Shown here piece by piece: positions 1 through 13,250 of a DNA stretch of 64,000 nucleotides. Origin of the DNA: Balanoglossus misakiensis (lineage: Eukaryota; Animalia; Hemichordata); assembly GCA_040954595.2 (NCBI GenBank), contig CM082598.2, forward strand, positions 9,625,097 to 9,689,096, written 5' to 3'. Under the pieces are notes generated by a model. It was given only the letters and a program-made list of their open reading frames with translations, was not told the DNA's origin and ran no database searches. Numbering within the stretch: the first letter of the stretch is position 1; every line of letters starts with the position of its first letter. The translations under genes were made by a program, and so were the position numbers.

Positions 1-1336
1 AATTTTCATTACTCTGTACTTTTCGTTATTTCTCTGCAACTACTGCATTAATCGTCAAAAATACTCCTTGAGATATAGTTCGATATATGTACTATCAAAT
101 AAATCCAACAAAAATACTCAGAACGATCGCCATTAATAGCGGTTGATGACCAAAGTTGGGGAAAAAAATGACCCAATTCAGACACCCTTTTCGGGGCTCA
201 GTGTAACGGTCTCGTTTTTCGAATCAGATTTCGCATTTGCATATGTTAATGAAGGCGTTGCGCCCAGTGAGCGATTTCAAGGGCCTCATCACTAACTGTT
301 CCAGAACATGCCAGCTGAGCGCATGCACACACGTTCTAGATTTTCTAAAGTAGCGTGATTTCATGCCACAGCCAATAAAATTCATAAAGTGTGTTCTATT
401 TAGGTGCATTCTTTTCTGCGTGTTCTATTTTTTTTTTTTTAATATTTCACTGTTCAGGGTCCAGGTCTTGTGTTCCAGAACTTTGAGAATATAAACCCTA
501 TTTCCAGCCAATCAGGGAGCTGGATTCAGACCAAACAAGGACCGAAAACAGATGCCTGAGTGATGAAGCACAGTATCAAGTGGGTGGAATGATGATGGAG
601 TGGAATTAACAATTTACATGAACACAGTCACTGCAATTGGAAAGAAATGGTAAATCAAATGTAGCTAAACATTTATGGGTTCTTGTTATTTAGCTAAGGT
701 TTACTTGCTGGATTAGCCAATACAGAATAAGAGAGGCACAGAAAAACCTATGATTACTGAAATAAAGAGAAGGGTTAGGGGTCGTTCGCCGCGTTTCATC
801 CACAAATCACTGAAATTAGATAATTCTTTAATGAACGAAGCAGCCAACCGTAGCGTAGACTGGGCATGACAGCAACTGAATATCTTAGTAGGTCGTAGCG
901 ACTGCAGTGAGGTTTGTGCTGGTATGGGAAGACATATTCTCATCAAGGGGGACACCCACGCGGCGCAACGACCCCTTCCCTTTTATGTATGCCGACATTA
1001 AGCCAGAGAAAAAAGAGTCTGTGGTCATGTGAAGACATGTTGTGCAACTACATGTAGTCTGGTTTCAGAAAGTTTATGTAAACCCAGTACTATGTGTAGG
1101 TCCATTTGCCTGTAATTATGGGGCTCCTATGATCTGATAAGCAGTGAATTTAAAAGATTTGAGATCATTCACAAATATGGAGCTGATAAGAAATCAGTTT
1201 GGTGATGGGCAGATACAAAAAATGTACAAGGTCAGCCCAGCTAACGAGGTTAGGTTATGTCACAACCCCATTGCATTCAAATATATCAACATTTACAGCA
1301 CAGCTACATGTAAATAAAACAAGTAGGAATCAAGTA

Positions 1337-1527
1337 CTGTAAAACGCGTTATTTTCGCGAGCAATAAATTTTCGTGAAATACGCAAGAGCAAAAAAAAAC
1401 ACGAAAATAAAAAGTTGCGTAAAATGTTTTTCGGAGATAACTATCCAGTAAAAATAAGAGAACGCGAAAATTAATCCTCGTGTAACAGTTGCCTCCTTTG
1501 ATATCGCGAAAATAACCCGTTTTAGAG
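1337..1527. mobile_element. Tc1/mariner-type MITE
   Basis: TA|CTGTAAAACGCGTTATTTTCGCGA ... TCGCGAAAATAACCCGTTTTAGAG|TA; related copy at 57731-57886. Confidence 0.75.
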
Positions 1528-1597
1528 TACCATTTCTTCAGACCTGGTAAAACAGACTGTCTAAAGAGGCACTACCAAGGATTAACAGTATGAGTAA

Positions 1598-2082
1598 CAG
1601 TCGGCCCGATCGCCAAAAAAGGAAATCTCATGAACATTTATATTTGTGTCAAAGGTTAATTTTCGCCCAATCACATTGCTGCTTTTCGACTCATGAATAT
1701 CAGTTCCATAGAAAATATACATCCCTTAGTTTTAGTTCAATTAAATAAAATCGAAGTTGCCAAAATGCCCTGGCTTTTGTCCGAGGACACATTGATACAT
1801 GCTCTAGCGATCTACCGTTGCGTTTTGAAATCGACCGTTGTGTTTTTTAAAAGCACGGTCTAAGGATTTGTTCTGCCAAGGTCTATTTTCCGGAGACCAA
1901 GAGGTTACCTAGTATAAATGCAAGAGAGCCTCACAATGTCAGTGGCAGCAAAAGGCACCTTGTTGACATTTCTTGGCGCATGTCATTTGCGCATATTTCT
2001 GATTGGACGAAAAGTAACCAGTTACCTTTGACACAAATATAAATATTCATGAGATTTCCTTTTTTGGCGATCGGGCCGACTG
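1598..2082. mobile_element. Non-autonomous TIR element with CAG termini and 5-bp TSD
   Basis: ~60-bp near-perfect TIR CAGTCGGCCCGATCGCCAAAAAAGGAAATCTCATGAA; flanks agtaa/agtaa. Confidence 0.85.
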
Positions 2083-2380
2083 AGTAAAGTGTACATGTAT
2101 GTTGTCCTGGCTCCAATTGCAAAAAGCTACATATAACATGTAAGTCCATGTTATTTACCAGATACAAATCATGTACGACTTAAACTTAATGACTGTTAAT
2201 ATACCATGCAAGTTTATCGCTGCCATAAAAAAACGTGTATCCCTTTATTGGTATGTCTTTTACTTTCTATAATAAGTTAGTCCTCCCATTCTAAGTGATT
2301 CTATGCTCATGTTACTGGTCGAAACAACATGAAAACTGGTGTAGGCCGACTATGTGTATGATTCATTGCATTTCTATATA

Positions 2381-3601
2381 CTATGAAATTCTTTTTACCA
2401 GCAGCAAATGCCAAACTAGCAACACCGGCTTCCTTTGAGGAGGCCGACGCGTTATTTCTAAAATTGTAACAACGTCTCAATTTAGTAGACAAAGAGGCGC
2501 CCCCCATCCCTATTGCGCAGTTGAAGTATGTGCGTGTTGAGAGAGACGTGTAGACTCGAACACGGACGACGAGAGTTGTTTAGCGTGTCGAACGCTGCTT
2601 TACGAAGCTTGTAGTTACCTTCTGACCGGGACATTTGTGCTTGAACGGACTGGGTTCCTCCCACTTCAGGTCGGTAGATTCCTGTGAAGCAGAGACGTGA
2701 ATTTTGCCTTTCCTAGTGCCGCGGGTTGCAGTGTATCCCGTCTGTTGAACTTTTTTAGAGATTGAGATGAGAATTAGCAGTGTAGGATAGAGACGACGTA
2801 CCAAACTGCCGTGTTGTATTCTGAATTTGTGTTGAAATAAATACGACGGAAGAGTTTGAACTGCATTGCTGTGTTGACTGATAGTTTTGTGGCAAATTCG
2901 GGCGTGCGAGGCCGCCGCTAACCTTGCCGCGATCACCCGGCCGCTTGAGAACTTTCTCGACCTCGAATGAACTTGTTGTTTGTGGCAGCAAAATACTAAT
3001 ACTAATACATCGCGCCCAGCGGCGGACTTCACAAGAATTTCAAATCTGGCTTTTTCAACGTGTTTGTTTGGCGTTCATGATTAATATATATCCATGTTCT
3101 TGTTCCGCTATTTCCATTCCGAAAACCCCAAAGTTTTAAACGTGTACACTTTGACTAGAAAAGGCCTCAGACACCTTCATATGCTGTCCGGCAGCCGGGG
3201 TGGGATATCCGTCTGCGGTGCAGCTCAAAGTGGCGTGGGGCTGGTCATGTTTGGAGCGGTGCAGCCGGCCGGTGGATCGACGTCCCATGCGGCAATCGGC
3301 AAGAACCCATCGGGAGGAACCCAGTCCGTTCAAGTGCAAATGTCCTGGTCAGAAGGTAACTACGAGAGCTTCGTAGAGCAGCGTTCGACACGCTAAACAA
3401 CTCTCGTCGTCCGTGTTCGAGTCTACACGTCTCTCTCAACACGCACGTACTTCAACTGCGCAATTGGGATGGGGGGGGGGGGCGCCTCTTTGTCTTTTAA
3501 ATTGTGACATTGTTACAATTTTAGAGATAACGCGTTGCTGGCATGAAAGAAATACGATGTTGCCAGTTTGCTGTTTGTTGCTGGGAAAAAGAATTTCATA
3601 G
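2381..3601. mobile_element. Non-autonomous DNA transposon with ~280-bp TIRs, TA-flanked
   Basis: 2381-2662 is the reverse complement of about 3312-3601 (CTATGAAATTC...GAATTTCATAG); no credible internal ORF. Confidence 0.8.
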
Positions 3602-4081
3602 TAAATAAATTTTGAAATTTAGAAATTGTGACCATTTTCGCAGATAAATCATGCTGTTGGACAAGCCACTAATGCAATGCATTCATTGCTGCTAAAATAC
3701 CGTCACTGGTACAGCACCCCAATTCTTTCTCCTATGTTACGTTGGGGGCAGTATATCAAGTCACAGCTGGATTTGGCATATTATATATGTGGGATTATGG
3801 TGACCAGGCTAGATTATTCTCTGATCAGACCAGAAAGTTGTCAATATAGTGAACTAAAAGGACAAACAACACTTTTTGATAAAGAAACAAGATACCAACA
3901 GTGGCCATTCAATTTCTATTAATTTTAACAAATTCCTGTTCAAGGAAATTAAGGTCTAGCTAGTCCTGGATTATCTCTAGCAGTTCCTGACTCTGTGAAA
4001 TCATAAATATATGTATTAAAAATGTACGAGCAGAACATTAACTGATTAACAGTGCACGAGCAGAACATAAACTGATAAACA

Positions 4082-5062
4082 GTGCATGTGTGTATTTTCC
4101 CCATAGGATTACATTGATAATTGCTAGAAAACAAACTTCTACAATTGTCTATTTTCATTTTCACGAAATTTTACACATAGCTCAGTGAAGTTAATATAAA
4201 TTCAGTGGTCAAATAAAATCGTGTGGTCACCACGCTGTATTTTGGGGTAAATTTCGTTAAAATTTTCGCCCAAAATTGGCAAGACAAACCATTGGACGTG
4301 AAAAATGCTGAGTCAGCAGTTTTCTTCTATTATCGACTAAATTCATGGCTCTGTATTTCAAAAACAAGCACGGTGACACCTATATTTTATATTATTACGG
4401 ATTTTCATTATACTTACACAAAAGAAATGACAATACTTACAATTTTACTGAAAGTACATCCTTTTAAATAAGTCAGAAAATGCAAAACTATTAAAAACAT
4501 TGTCACTAACAACTGAGAAGTAACATATATTTTAAAGTGACCTACAAATACATGTAGTAACATAATACAGTGACCTACAAATACTAGTATTTAGGTTTGT
4601 CTATGTCTGAGCTGAGCTGCCATCACATGATAGATGAGCCTGGATTGTAGACCGGACACAACTGGTGTAATTTGTGAGTAGGTAAACAATCTACGTGGCA
4701 ATCCAAAATCTGTGCACAAATTTGTAATGATATGTACATGTATCTAACTGTTAAGTTTTGCCATTTTTTTAAATTGTGGGTTTTGGGTTTTTCCTTTTTA
4801 AGATTACTAAGAACAATTAACAATCTGTAATAAAATATGGGGGTCACTGACTGTGCTTGTTTTTGAAAAAACAAAGCTGTGAATTTAACGAAGATTATCT
4901 CAAAATAGTGTGGTCACTCACCACATTATTTTATTTGACTGATTCATTTATTATTATTTGACTGAGCCGTGAGTAAAATGTCATGAAAATGACAATAGTA
5001 GAAGTGAATTTTACACCAATTCTTAATGTACGGTAATCCTATTGGAAGAGACACATGCACAC
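4082..5062. mobile_element. Old degenerate foldback element
   Basis: 4082-4390 is a diverged inverted match to 4830-5062; related fragment near 6110-6170. Confidence 0.5.
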
Positions 5063-7169
5063 ACTGAAATTTATTTCACTGAAATAGCTGACTTACAGAA
5101 ACAAGACTTTTCACTGTAATTTTGAGCTTGTGTGTTCACACATATATCATACTGATAATCTCTGTGATTGATATTTCAACAATGGCTGATTGAAATGAGC
5201 TGAAATTTGGTACACATTTGCAGTTTTGATCTAGCTAGAACAGGTCACTTATTGTATGTGTAGCTTAATTGCACAATAAAGTAATTAAGTGAAGAAATTT
5301 GCCAATAAATGATTTCTATCAAGAAATCAACCTGGTTAGAAAGCAACACGGTAAATTATATTATATCATGCTACCATCCACTATTCTGATTGGACGAGAA
5401 CGCAATCCAGTGATGCTAAAAAACTCAATAGAGCCCTGCCAAAACTGGCCTCTGAACTGGCATGACGCAAGTGAAAATGTTTGACTAAACGGTCAACCCA
5501 GCTGCAATAATTGTAGCCTTGGTTGGCTGGTTTGATAGCACAGCCACTGATGGTCACCTAGCGCGATCAAACCGGCCACCAAAGCTACAATTATTGCAGC
5601 TAGACTAAACCATACATAAATAAAATAAAAACACTTGAATTCACGGAAGTTTATTTTTGGGACTGCTCTATGGGACTCGGGGAATTTAGGACCTTGCCAT
5701 GCGTGATGCCTGTCTTGTCACTTTTTGTCATCCCCTTTTCATGTTCAATGCTTGCTTCCAGGCAACCGTTTTACACTCATTGACATGCCTTTTGTAACTT
5801 CTTTTTCTGATCATTTTTTGATATAATATAATAGCAATAACTCCTGCCAGAGTCAGGTATTTTTGTGACACAAAATCACTTTTTCATATAATACCAAATT
5901 GTAAGACCTGAAAGTGGTGACCATGCACCCTGGGCCCTATGAAATGAGAGTACAGCATCGAAAAATACCAAGATTTTGGTAAGTGGTCTTGCATGCATAT
6001 ATGGCGAGGGTGCTATTCAAGAAAAACATCTCAACTTGTGTATACTGTACTGTGTGACAAACTGCTCTTCCCCATTACATCATTGTCATTGAGAATTGCC
6101 AGAAAACTTTTGTCATTTCCATGGAGTTTTACTCATAGCTCAGCCAAATGACAAATTCAGAGGTCAAATTTTGTACACAGATATGGTCGTAACTCACTTC
6201 GGTATTGCATTAAGATATTGAAGTTTCATGAAAATTGGTATGAAATGTTATTTTGCATGTTTTCAATATTTTGCTTTCAAACTCAAGGGCATACCTGGTG
6301 TTTAACAGGGTTTGCTCAGTATTCTCAGAAACTATGTTGACTCCATCCCTTTACAAATCTGTCAGTTTGTTATTTTTATGTGTGATGCTAAACATCTTAA
6401 CTGCCAATCACCAGCTCTTTTCTTCAATTTGGGACTGATTGTCTTCTGGTTGACTATAACTACATGTATTTTAATTTTAGATGAAATCCTTTTCGTTTTG
6501 TTTCCTTTGAGCTCAGCAAAACTTTGTGGAAGTGACACTCCTATTCTCAGAACTTTTCAAAATCTGACAGTTTAAAAGCAGTGAATTATTTGTAACTATC
6601 AAGATTACTAAGCAGACTGAGAGAAATTGATTCCCTTAAGAAATTTACTCTGAGTCATAAGCATGCTTGTACAAGTACACCATGATTTGAAAATGCAAAA
6701 TTAAATTATTGGCATTTACATTGTAGCATTTCAATAAAAAGGACTTCTCACCAAAAAATACTTCCAAGGTAAAATACTCCTTCCAAGTAGAAGTACATTT
6801 ATTTTATAAAATATTCATTAAATTTTCTTTGTACAGACACATTTTGTAAACATTAAAAGAAGTTGAATTAAAAATATAATTGAAAACATATATCTTTAAA
6901 GTTTTGAATTAGAACATACGTGAATTTATCGCATCGCAATATTCTAATGTAATGTAATGTAACGTAATGATAACCTGCCAAACGTACATTCAGATATACA
7001 CGTAGTATCTTGTTGAGGTCATTACTCGCGATGTTGAGATTACAGTCACGGAAATTGCTACGTGTGTTTGACTTCGTTCGCTCAGTTTCAGAGAAGACAG
7101 GAACATCCGGCTATGGTTGTGGTATGATTGAGGTATGTGGTACCCTCACATACCTCCTATTCTAGCCAC

Positions 7170-7456
7170 AGGGAATAGAGGAATGAAATCGTGTTGTTGT
7201 TGTTGATGATGATGATAATAATAAAAACATTTAAAAAAAATCAATGTGTCATTTCCTGCTACTGTAATCTTGGAAAACACGACCTAGGTCGCCCAACGTC
7301 ACTCGTGGAAAACACAACCTAGGTCGGCCAACGTCACTACCGTCTTATATACATTTAAGACGTAGTATTTAAGACGGTAGTGACGTTGGCCGACCTAGTC
7401 ATGTTTTCCACGAGTGACACATTGATTTTTTAAATTTTTTTTATTATTATCATCAT
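7170..7456. repeat. Foldback repeat with 35-bp internal units, copy 1 of 3
   Basis: Units GGAAAACACGACCTAGGTCGCCCAACGTCACTCGT in inverted arms; other copies at 11076-11440 and 13797-14061. Confidence 0.8.
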
Positions 7457-8981
7457 TTCCTAAGCTTCCTATGTTCTAGCTGAACACATTTCGGATTTGT
7501 ATTATGAAAATATTCTAGCTTCCAAAAAATAACAGAACTGATGACTACTAGTATATTACCATGTGGGTATTTGACCACGCGTCCGCGTCCATGATCGTCA
7601 GGGACAAATGACGTCAACAAATCATTGATTAGTTACATTCCCTGTTCTCGGAAGCCATTTTAACATCATGTTGCGATAATTTAAACAAAGATCATTGAAC
7701 TTGTAAACAAAAATAAGTTTTAACTGATACACCGTCCAGTTGAACATACAAGATAAAAACCCCAACTCTTGATATATGCTAGCCTCGTTATTCGTATTGC
7801 GTTTTATACTAGTAATTATAAAAACAGTATTATACTGTATGTTAGAACATGGACGCACCGCAGACAGTTAGATTTGGACAGGGGTAAATAGCAAAACAAT
7901 GTTAAAACAAGCATGTTTGACCGGGTTGCCTAAAAACTTAAATACCATATAGACGAGAGCTCCCATCTCCATCGGTGTAAGAGCCACGACCGCCAGTTTC
8001 AGACGTAAACATTAGGATATCTCCCGATGTAAACAAAGAGGGGAAAACGCGCGAACTTTTATTCCTGACAAAAAAGTGACATGTGGTCGTGGAAATTTAC
8101 ATTCAATATTTCGCAAACCCACTCGATGAAATTGACATTTCATAATAATGTTGCTCAAGTCCCACGTACGTTGTATCAGAGAGTATATTATTTCACACAT
8201 TAAGTCAATCACCAGGATGGAAAAATCGTCAAGTAGTAAAATTTCTACCTACCAGGACTCTAGTAACCGGCTTCTTGATCATTGGAGTAAGTTCAACAAC
8301 ACAGTTCACACCGTCAACGGAAAATCGTCCTGAGTCAGGACTGCCATGGAATTGCGAGAAATCATCCAGAACATCGCCTGATATATGATGGTTTCGTCTT
8401 TGAGGAGTTGCCATGACACTTGTATTTTTACAGTGGTGTGGTGTACACTACAGAGCTGGTATTTCTAGTGGCGGGATGTTGTGACTGAAGAGTGTGTTTT
8501 CAGAGCAGGTAGTGAGAACTGGTGAATGGGTCTTATCACGCTCATGCATTATTCATAAACCCGTTTCAACATCAGTGCTGTGCCACTTTCTGATTGGTCA
8601 TTGGGGTCTTTGAAACTGACCATAAATTACTAGATCTACCGTCATTGCAGTAATCATGTCACGTGGTCAGCCACCGCCCACTTTGGCGCTATTTTTGAGA
8701 GCCTTTTTGCGCGGGATAGCATATAACCGTTTGATTGAACTAGCCCCCCCCCCCCGGCCACAATGCCCGCGTGTTGCCCCTGGATACCCAATCAATGTGA
8801 TTTAGTTTTGTGAATACCTACGCTAACCCTAACCCAAACCATCGCCGTCAGAGAATGGTACAGTCCAAGGGCACTCGCCTGGCAGTACCAAATACCCTCA
8901 TCATGCATATGCGCGTTCTGTTCCAGGATCCCCCCCCCCCCTATGGGGTGAGATCCCTGCCAAAATTAAATAATTCGATTA

Positions 8982-9754
8982 GGCTGCATTCACAAACATC
9001 TCTGGAGGGGGGGGGCGGGAGAATTCAAATTTTTTTACCGTTAATTTTCACATGCCCCCCTCAACATCCTGGAATATTTTCAAATCCCCCCCTTCCGAAC
9101 TGCTAAAATTTTCAAATCTCCCCCCCCCCCCCATTTTCTTTCACACAGCAAAACACATCACCTATTTATCTTGTAAAAAAAGAAAAACAGCGCTCCCATG
9201 AAAAGAATTTGAAACTGATGTTTTCCCTTATCAGTGGGTATTAAAACTGAACATAGTTTTTATTTTTTTTAAGTATTTGTATTCTGTGTTGGGAGACATT
9301 GTAAACCGAGAAGTGAAGGGGGTGGGGGACACCCCCTCCCACGTAAGAAAATTTTACAAAATACAGAGTTCAAAACTGCATTTTAATGAACCCAAAAGCA
9401 AATTAACTCAACTACCGGTATGTTGGGGAGGACAAATTTAACCTTCGGGGCTCAAAGTTAGCATGGGGGGGGGGGGGGGGGCAAGTCCCCTGACCTGGGA
9501 CACTAGATAAACCAGTCAATGATTTAAAGGTATTGATGATTGACGGGGGTGGGAGTGGGAGGGGGTGTGTTATGAAGGGTTCAAAACTGCATTTTTGTGG
9601 ACTCAAAATAAATATTTAGTCCTCAAAGTTTTCAAGTCCCCCCCTTTACAGTCCCTAAATTATTTCAAATCCCCCCCTTACATACCCTCAATTTTTTCAA
9701 ATCCCCCCCTCAATTCTCCTGCCCCCCCCTCCAGAGGTGTTTGTGAATGCAGCC
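8982..9754. mobile_element. PIF/Harbinger-like MITE
   Basis: TTA|GGCTGCATTCACAAAC ... GTTTGTGAATGCAGCC|TTA; truncated inverted copy at 9882-10042. Confidence 0.8.
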
Positions 9755-10183
9755 TTAATGCTTTTTGCTATTTAGTATTATTGACTATTTTAATCATTTT
9801 TTGCTAAACATTTTATATTTGCAGAGATATGTGCTGATTATTAGCAATTATGTGCTCAATTATAAGCAGGTAAACGATTTAGGCTGCATTCACAAACACC
9901 TCTGGAGGGGGGGGGGCAGGAGAATTGAGGGGGGGGATTTGAAAAAATTGAGGGTATGTAAGGGGGGGATTTGAAATAATTTAGGGACTGTAAAGGGGGG
10001 GACTTGAAAACTTTGAGGACTAAATATTTATTTTGAGTCCACCAACGTGACGTCACAGACTCGGTCACGTCAATCAGCGTCGCGTCGTCTGCTGACACAA
10101 TGGCCACCGCAGAAGATGTCGTCTGCCAACCTCAAGAGAAATGTGCATGATTTTCCCAGCTGTTAGCATGAGGTTTATTATAA

Positions 10184-10373
10184 AACACCTATAGCCTGGC
10201 CTATATTCGGGCCATAGCAGCCGTTTTTACCCCCTCGTGACTGTGAGTTACCAGAATCACATGCTATTTCCCGAGGCCGCAGGCCGAGGGAAATAGCATG
10301 TGATTCTGGTAACTCACAGCCCCTCGGGTGTAATAAACGGCCGCTATGGCCCTCATGGTGTTCAATAGGTGTT
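10184..10373. mobile_element. Hairpin element, Crypton-like non-autonomous
   Basis: Perfect ~32-bp stem within 10241-10319 around a GAGGCCGCAGGCCGA loop; no TSD seen. Confidence 0.55.
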
Positions 10374-11075
10374 CAAAATAACATATCATTAAAATGCATG
10401 TAGAATGCAATCTGACCAATGACGCGCCCGGAAAGCCGCGCCACTCACCCATTTCCCCCTTTTGTAAAGAAAATCACGACCTTTTCTTTTCAAATGTAAA
10501 TTTTGGGGTCAAATACGCTGTTTGGGGATATCCCGTCATTTCAAAACAAGAAAGCACGAGTCAAACTTGCTACCAGGTCAACAAGAAATTTTTTTTCACC
10601 AGTGCTTTTGTGAAATATTTAATTTTGATTCTGGCGTCTACGCTATTTTTGAGGATTTCGCCTGCTAGGATAGCATAGCGATCGAGGGCACAGGTGCTCG
10701 TGGACTTGTGCTGTCACAGGGGAGAGCGAATGGAGGGGGGGGGGGGGGTTAGCTCTGCGTACAGGTCTGTGTGTTCCCGGCGTTACACGGCCTCCACCAC
10801 AGCCCTGCAAGGCGCCATAGAAAAAACTGGTGCTTCTGCGGTCCGGATCCGGACCGCAGTTTTTTCGGCCGAAATTCGATTTTATCGAAGCAAAATCCTT
10901 TCCCTGTCTACTTCTGCCTCCTAACCGACTCCAAATATGATGCGATTAACTTGTCCTAACGTCCGAACCGCTCGCTTTCTAAAACTTTTTTGTTTACCCA
11001 TGGAGATAAACTCGCTGTAAGCTTTATATTTAATATGGCGATCTCAACATGTAAACACACAAAAATGAATCAAAC

Positions 11076-11440
11076 GCGAGTTGTTATTGTTATTATTATT
11101 ATTGTTGTTGTTAAGATTGGTAATACAATTTTTTTTTTAAATCAATGTGTCATTTCTTGCTATGTTTGTCGATGTTGCATGTAGATAACTGTAAAAGAAC
11201 ACCATCGTGGAAAACACGACCTAGGTCGCCCAACGTCACTACGGCGACCTAGGTCATGTTTTCCACGAGTGACGTTGGGCGACCTAGGTCGTGTTTTCCA
11301 CGATTATGGTGTTCTTTTACAGTTATCTACAACATCGACAAACATAGCAAGAAATGACACATTGATTTTTAAAGTTTTTTTATTACCAATCTTAACATCA
11401 ACAACAACAACAACAACACGATTCATTTCTCTATTCCCTA
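11076..11440. repeat. Foldback repeat with 35-bp units, copy 2
   Basis: Same units and the same one-sided end CACGATTCATT.CTCTATTCCCT as copies 1 and 3. Confidence 0.8.
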
Positions 11441-13193
11441 TGACAGGACTGGCAAACCTCGTGACCTGAAAGCTGACATTCAATGTCATCAGCACTGTAT
11501 CTGGACAAAAAAACATGACCACTTTGCTATGCAAATTTAAAAGGCCATTGCTATTGAATTTTTGCAACAAAATTTCAAAGTTGTTGTCAAGGTGACTATC
11601 AAATTTGCATATGACCTTAGAGTATGAAAGGAGGTCATCAGTAGGTCTGCTAACTTCCTGGTGCTATGCTACTGTAAACACAGGGAAGGTTTACAGCTAG
11701 GTATTCATGTCGAATGACTAGAAAATTTACTTCACAGGCAGATTCATAAAAATATTATCTTTTATTATCTGGTTAACAAAACACTTACATTGAATACATA
11801 CAGGACCGCTTATGGGCTTCAAGTTCAACAAAGACCGTGTTCTGTGTGAGTGCTAAAATAACTGCCGGGATAAGACACGAGAAATTAGATCTTTCACTAT
11901 GAATGTCAAAAATGCACATACAAAGATAAAGTTTGGTATTCAGCAGAAAGCTGCTACCTGTAATCCTGGACCTGCACATCAGTATACCAGCCTGACTTCT
12001 GCATGAAAAATGTGACTGTTTGTCTGCCGATCATCCTTTTCAGTACCAAATTGGATCGTTTTAAAATTTCTTCTATTTTCCAAAATTATAGAAACTTTAC
12101 ACTGTGTGACACACCTGTGACTTTTTTTGGACCGGGTACATTTGTATGTTTAAGTGTTTTATTTCTCAAAACAGACCAATGCCAAGTGCAATGCCAGTAC
12201 ATGAGTACAGTAATGGACACCTACATGCCTTCTGTGTTATACTTGCCATAAACAGCAACATACGACTACTGTCCCCCCCCCCCCATCAGTCTGCAGAATT
12301 TCTATATATATGGAAAACCATAATAGATACACCAAACGCACATTTCTCAGACCTTGAGTATATTCACTAAATGAAAACTGTCTGACCTTGATGACAGCAG
12401 TACTGGGTGGGGAAGGTGTACATTTATTAAGATAAACCTTTGGACAAAGTTGATGATGAACTTTAACAGTTACAGCTTGTAATGCTTTAAATAATGGATA
12501 AATAAACACAGTTACCTAAGCAATCTCTTGCACAAGTTTACATTTTATTTATGACACAATTCCAAGAACATGTGCTAGCAGTGGCAAAACAGTATTTTAC
12601 AATCGCTGGATTGAGCTTGCGTCCAATCAGAATGGCTGACGGTAGCATGATATAATTACACTTACGGACACATGAATTTGGAGGTACATACCAAATGTCA
12701 GATGTATCAAATACCAGACACAAACATACACATTTGCAAAACAGTATTCTTTATGTCTTAGACTGTTTTCTATGACTTCTGTTTACATAAGTAAAAAAAA
12801 TCAATTCTATACTAATAGGCATATTGCGAATTAGCCTTTCATGGTGGGTGCATTCTGAAATGGGAAGCATGGTGGACAAACCTGTAATTTTACTGTGTGT
12901 TTCAATTTGAATACCCATTCATATGATGCTGTTCACAGGTGTAGATAGTACTCGGCCATGATTTTACATGTCAGCTGTGTTGTTCTCACACACTTGCTTT
13001 AAAACGTCCATATCACTGTCATTTTTACTAAACATGATGGTGATTTCCCACCTCAATGCAGACTTCACTTACTAACTTTACATAAAAGCAACAGAAATGT
13101 CATTGAAAATTTGCTGAAGCAATATGGTTAGGGAATCAAACACACTCAAATTAAGTGTGCTTGCAGGTAAGTCAAACACTTGTATGACATCTC

Positions 13194-13250
13194 CTATTTT
13201 GCGGTCTTCTTTCCCATATCCATCTTTTCATCTCTTGAAAATTTATTTCT
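13194..13250 (-). CDS. Zinc-finger gene, candidate terminal exon
   Basis: Strong acceptor tttttttttcacag|RNKFSRDEKMDMGKKTAK*; minus-strand AATAAA near 12545. Confidence 0.5.
   Translation of the reverse strand, partial: RNKFSRDEKMDMGKKTAK

Noticed and set aside
2482-3601. Several overlapping ORFs with mirrored peptides (GGTQSVQ)
   Set aside because: By-product of GC-rich inverted repeats
6915-7112. Possible promoter and 5' exon of a leftward gene (CCGGATGT, donor-like cac|gtatgt)
   Set aside because: No downstream coding exon could be identified in 1-6900
7272-7420. 35-bp palindromic repeats resembling a CRISPR array
   Set aside because: Units are contiguous or inverted with no unique spacers, there are no cas genes, and the context is eukaryotic
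8012-8414. Minus-strand ORF pair starting MATPQRRNHH
   Set aside because: No recognisable motif, short frames and no supported splice structure
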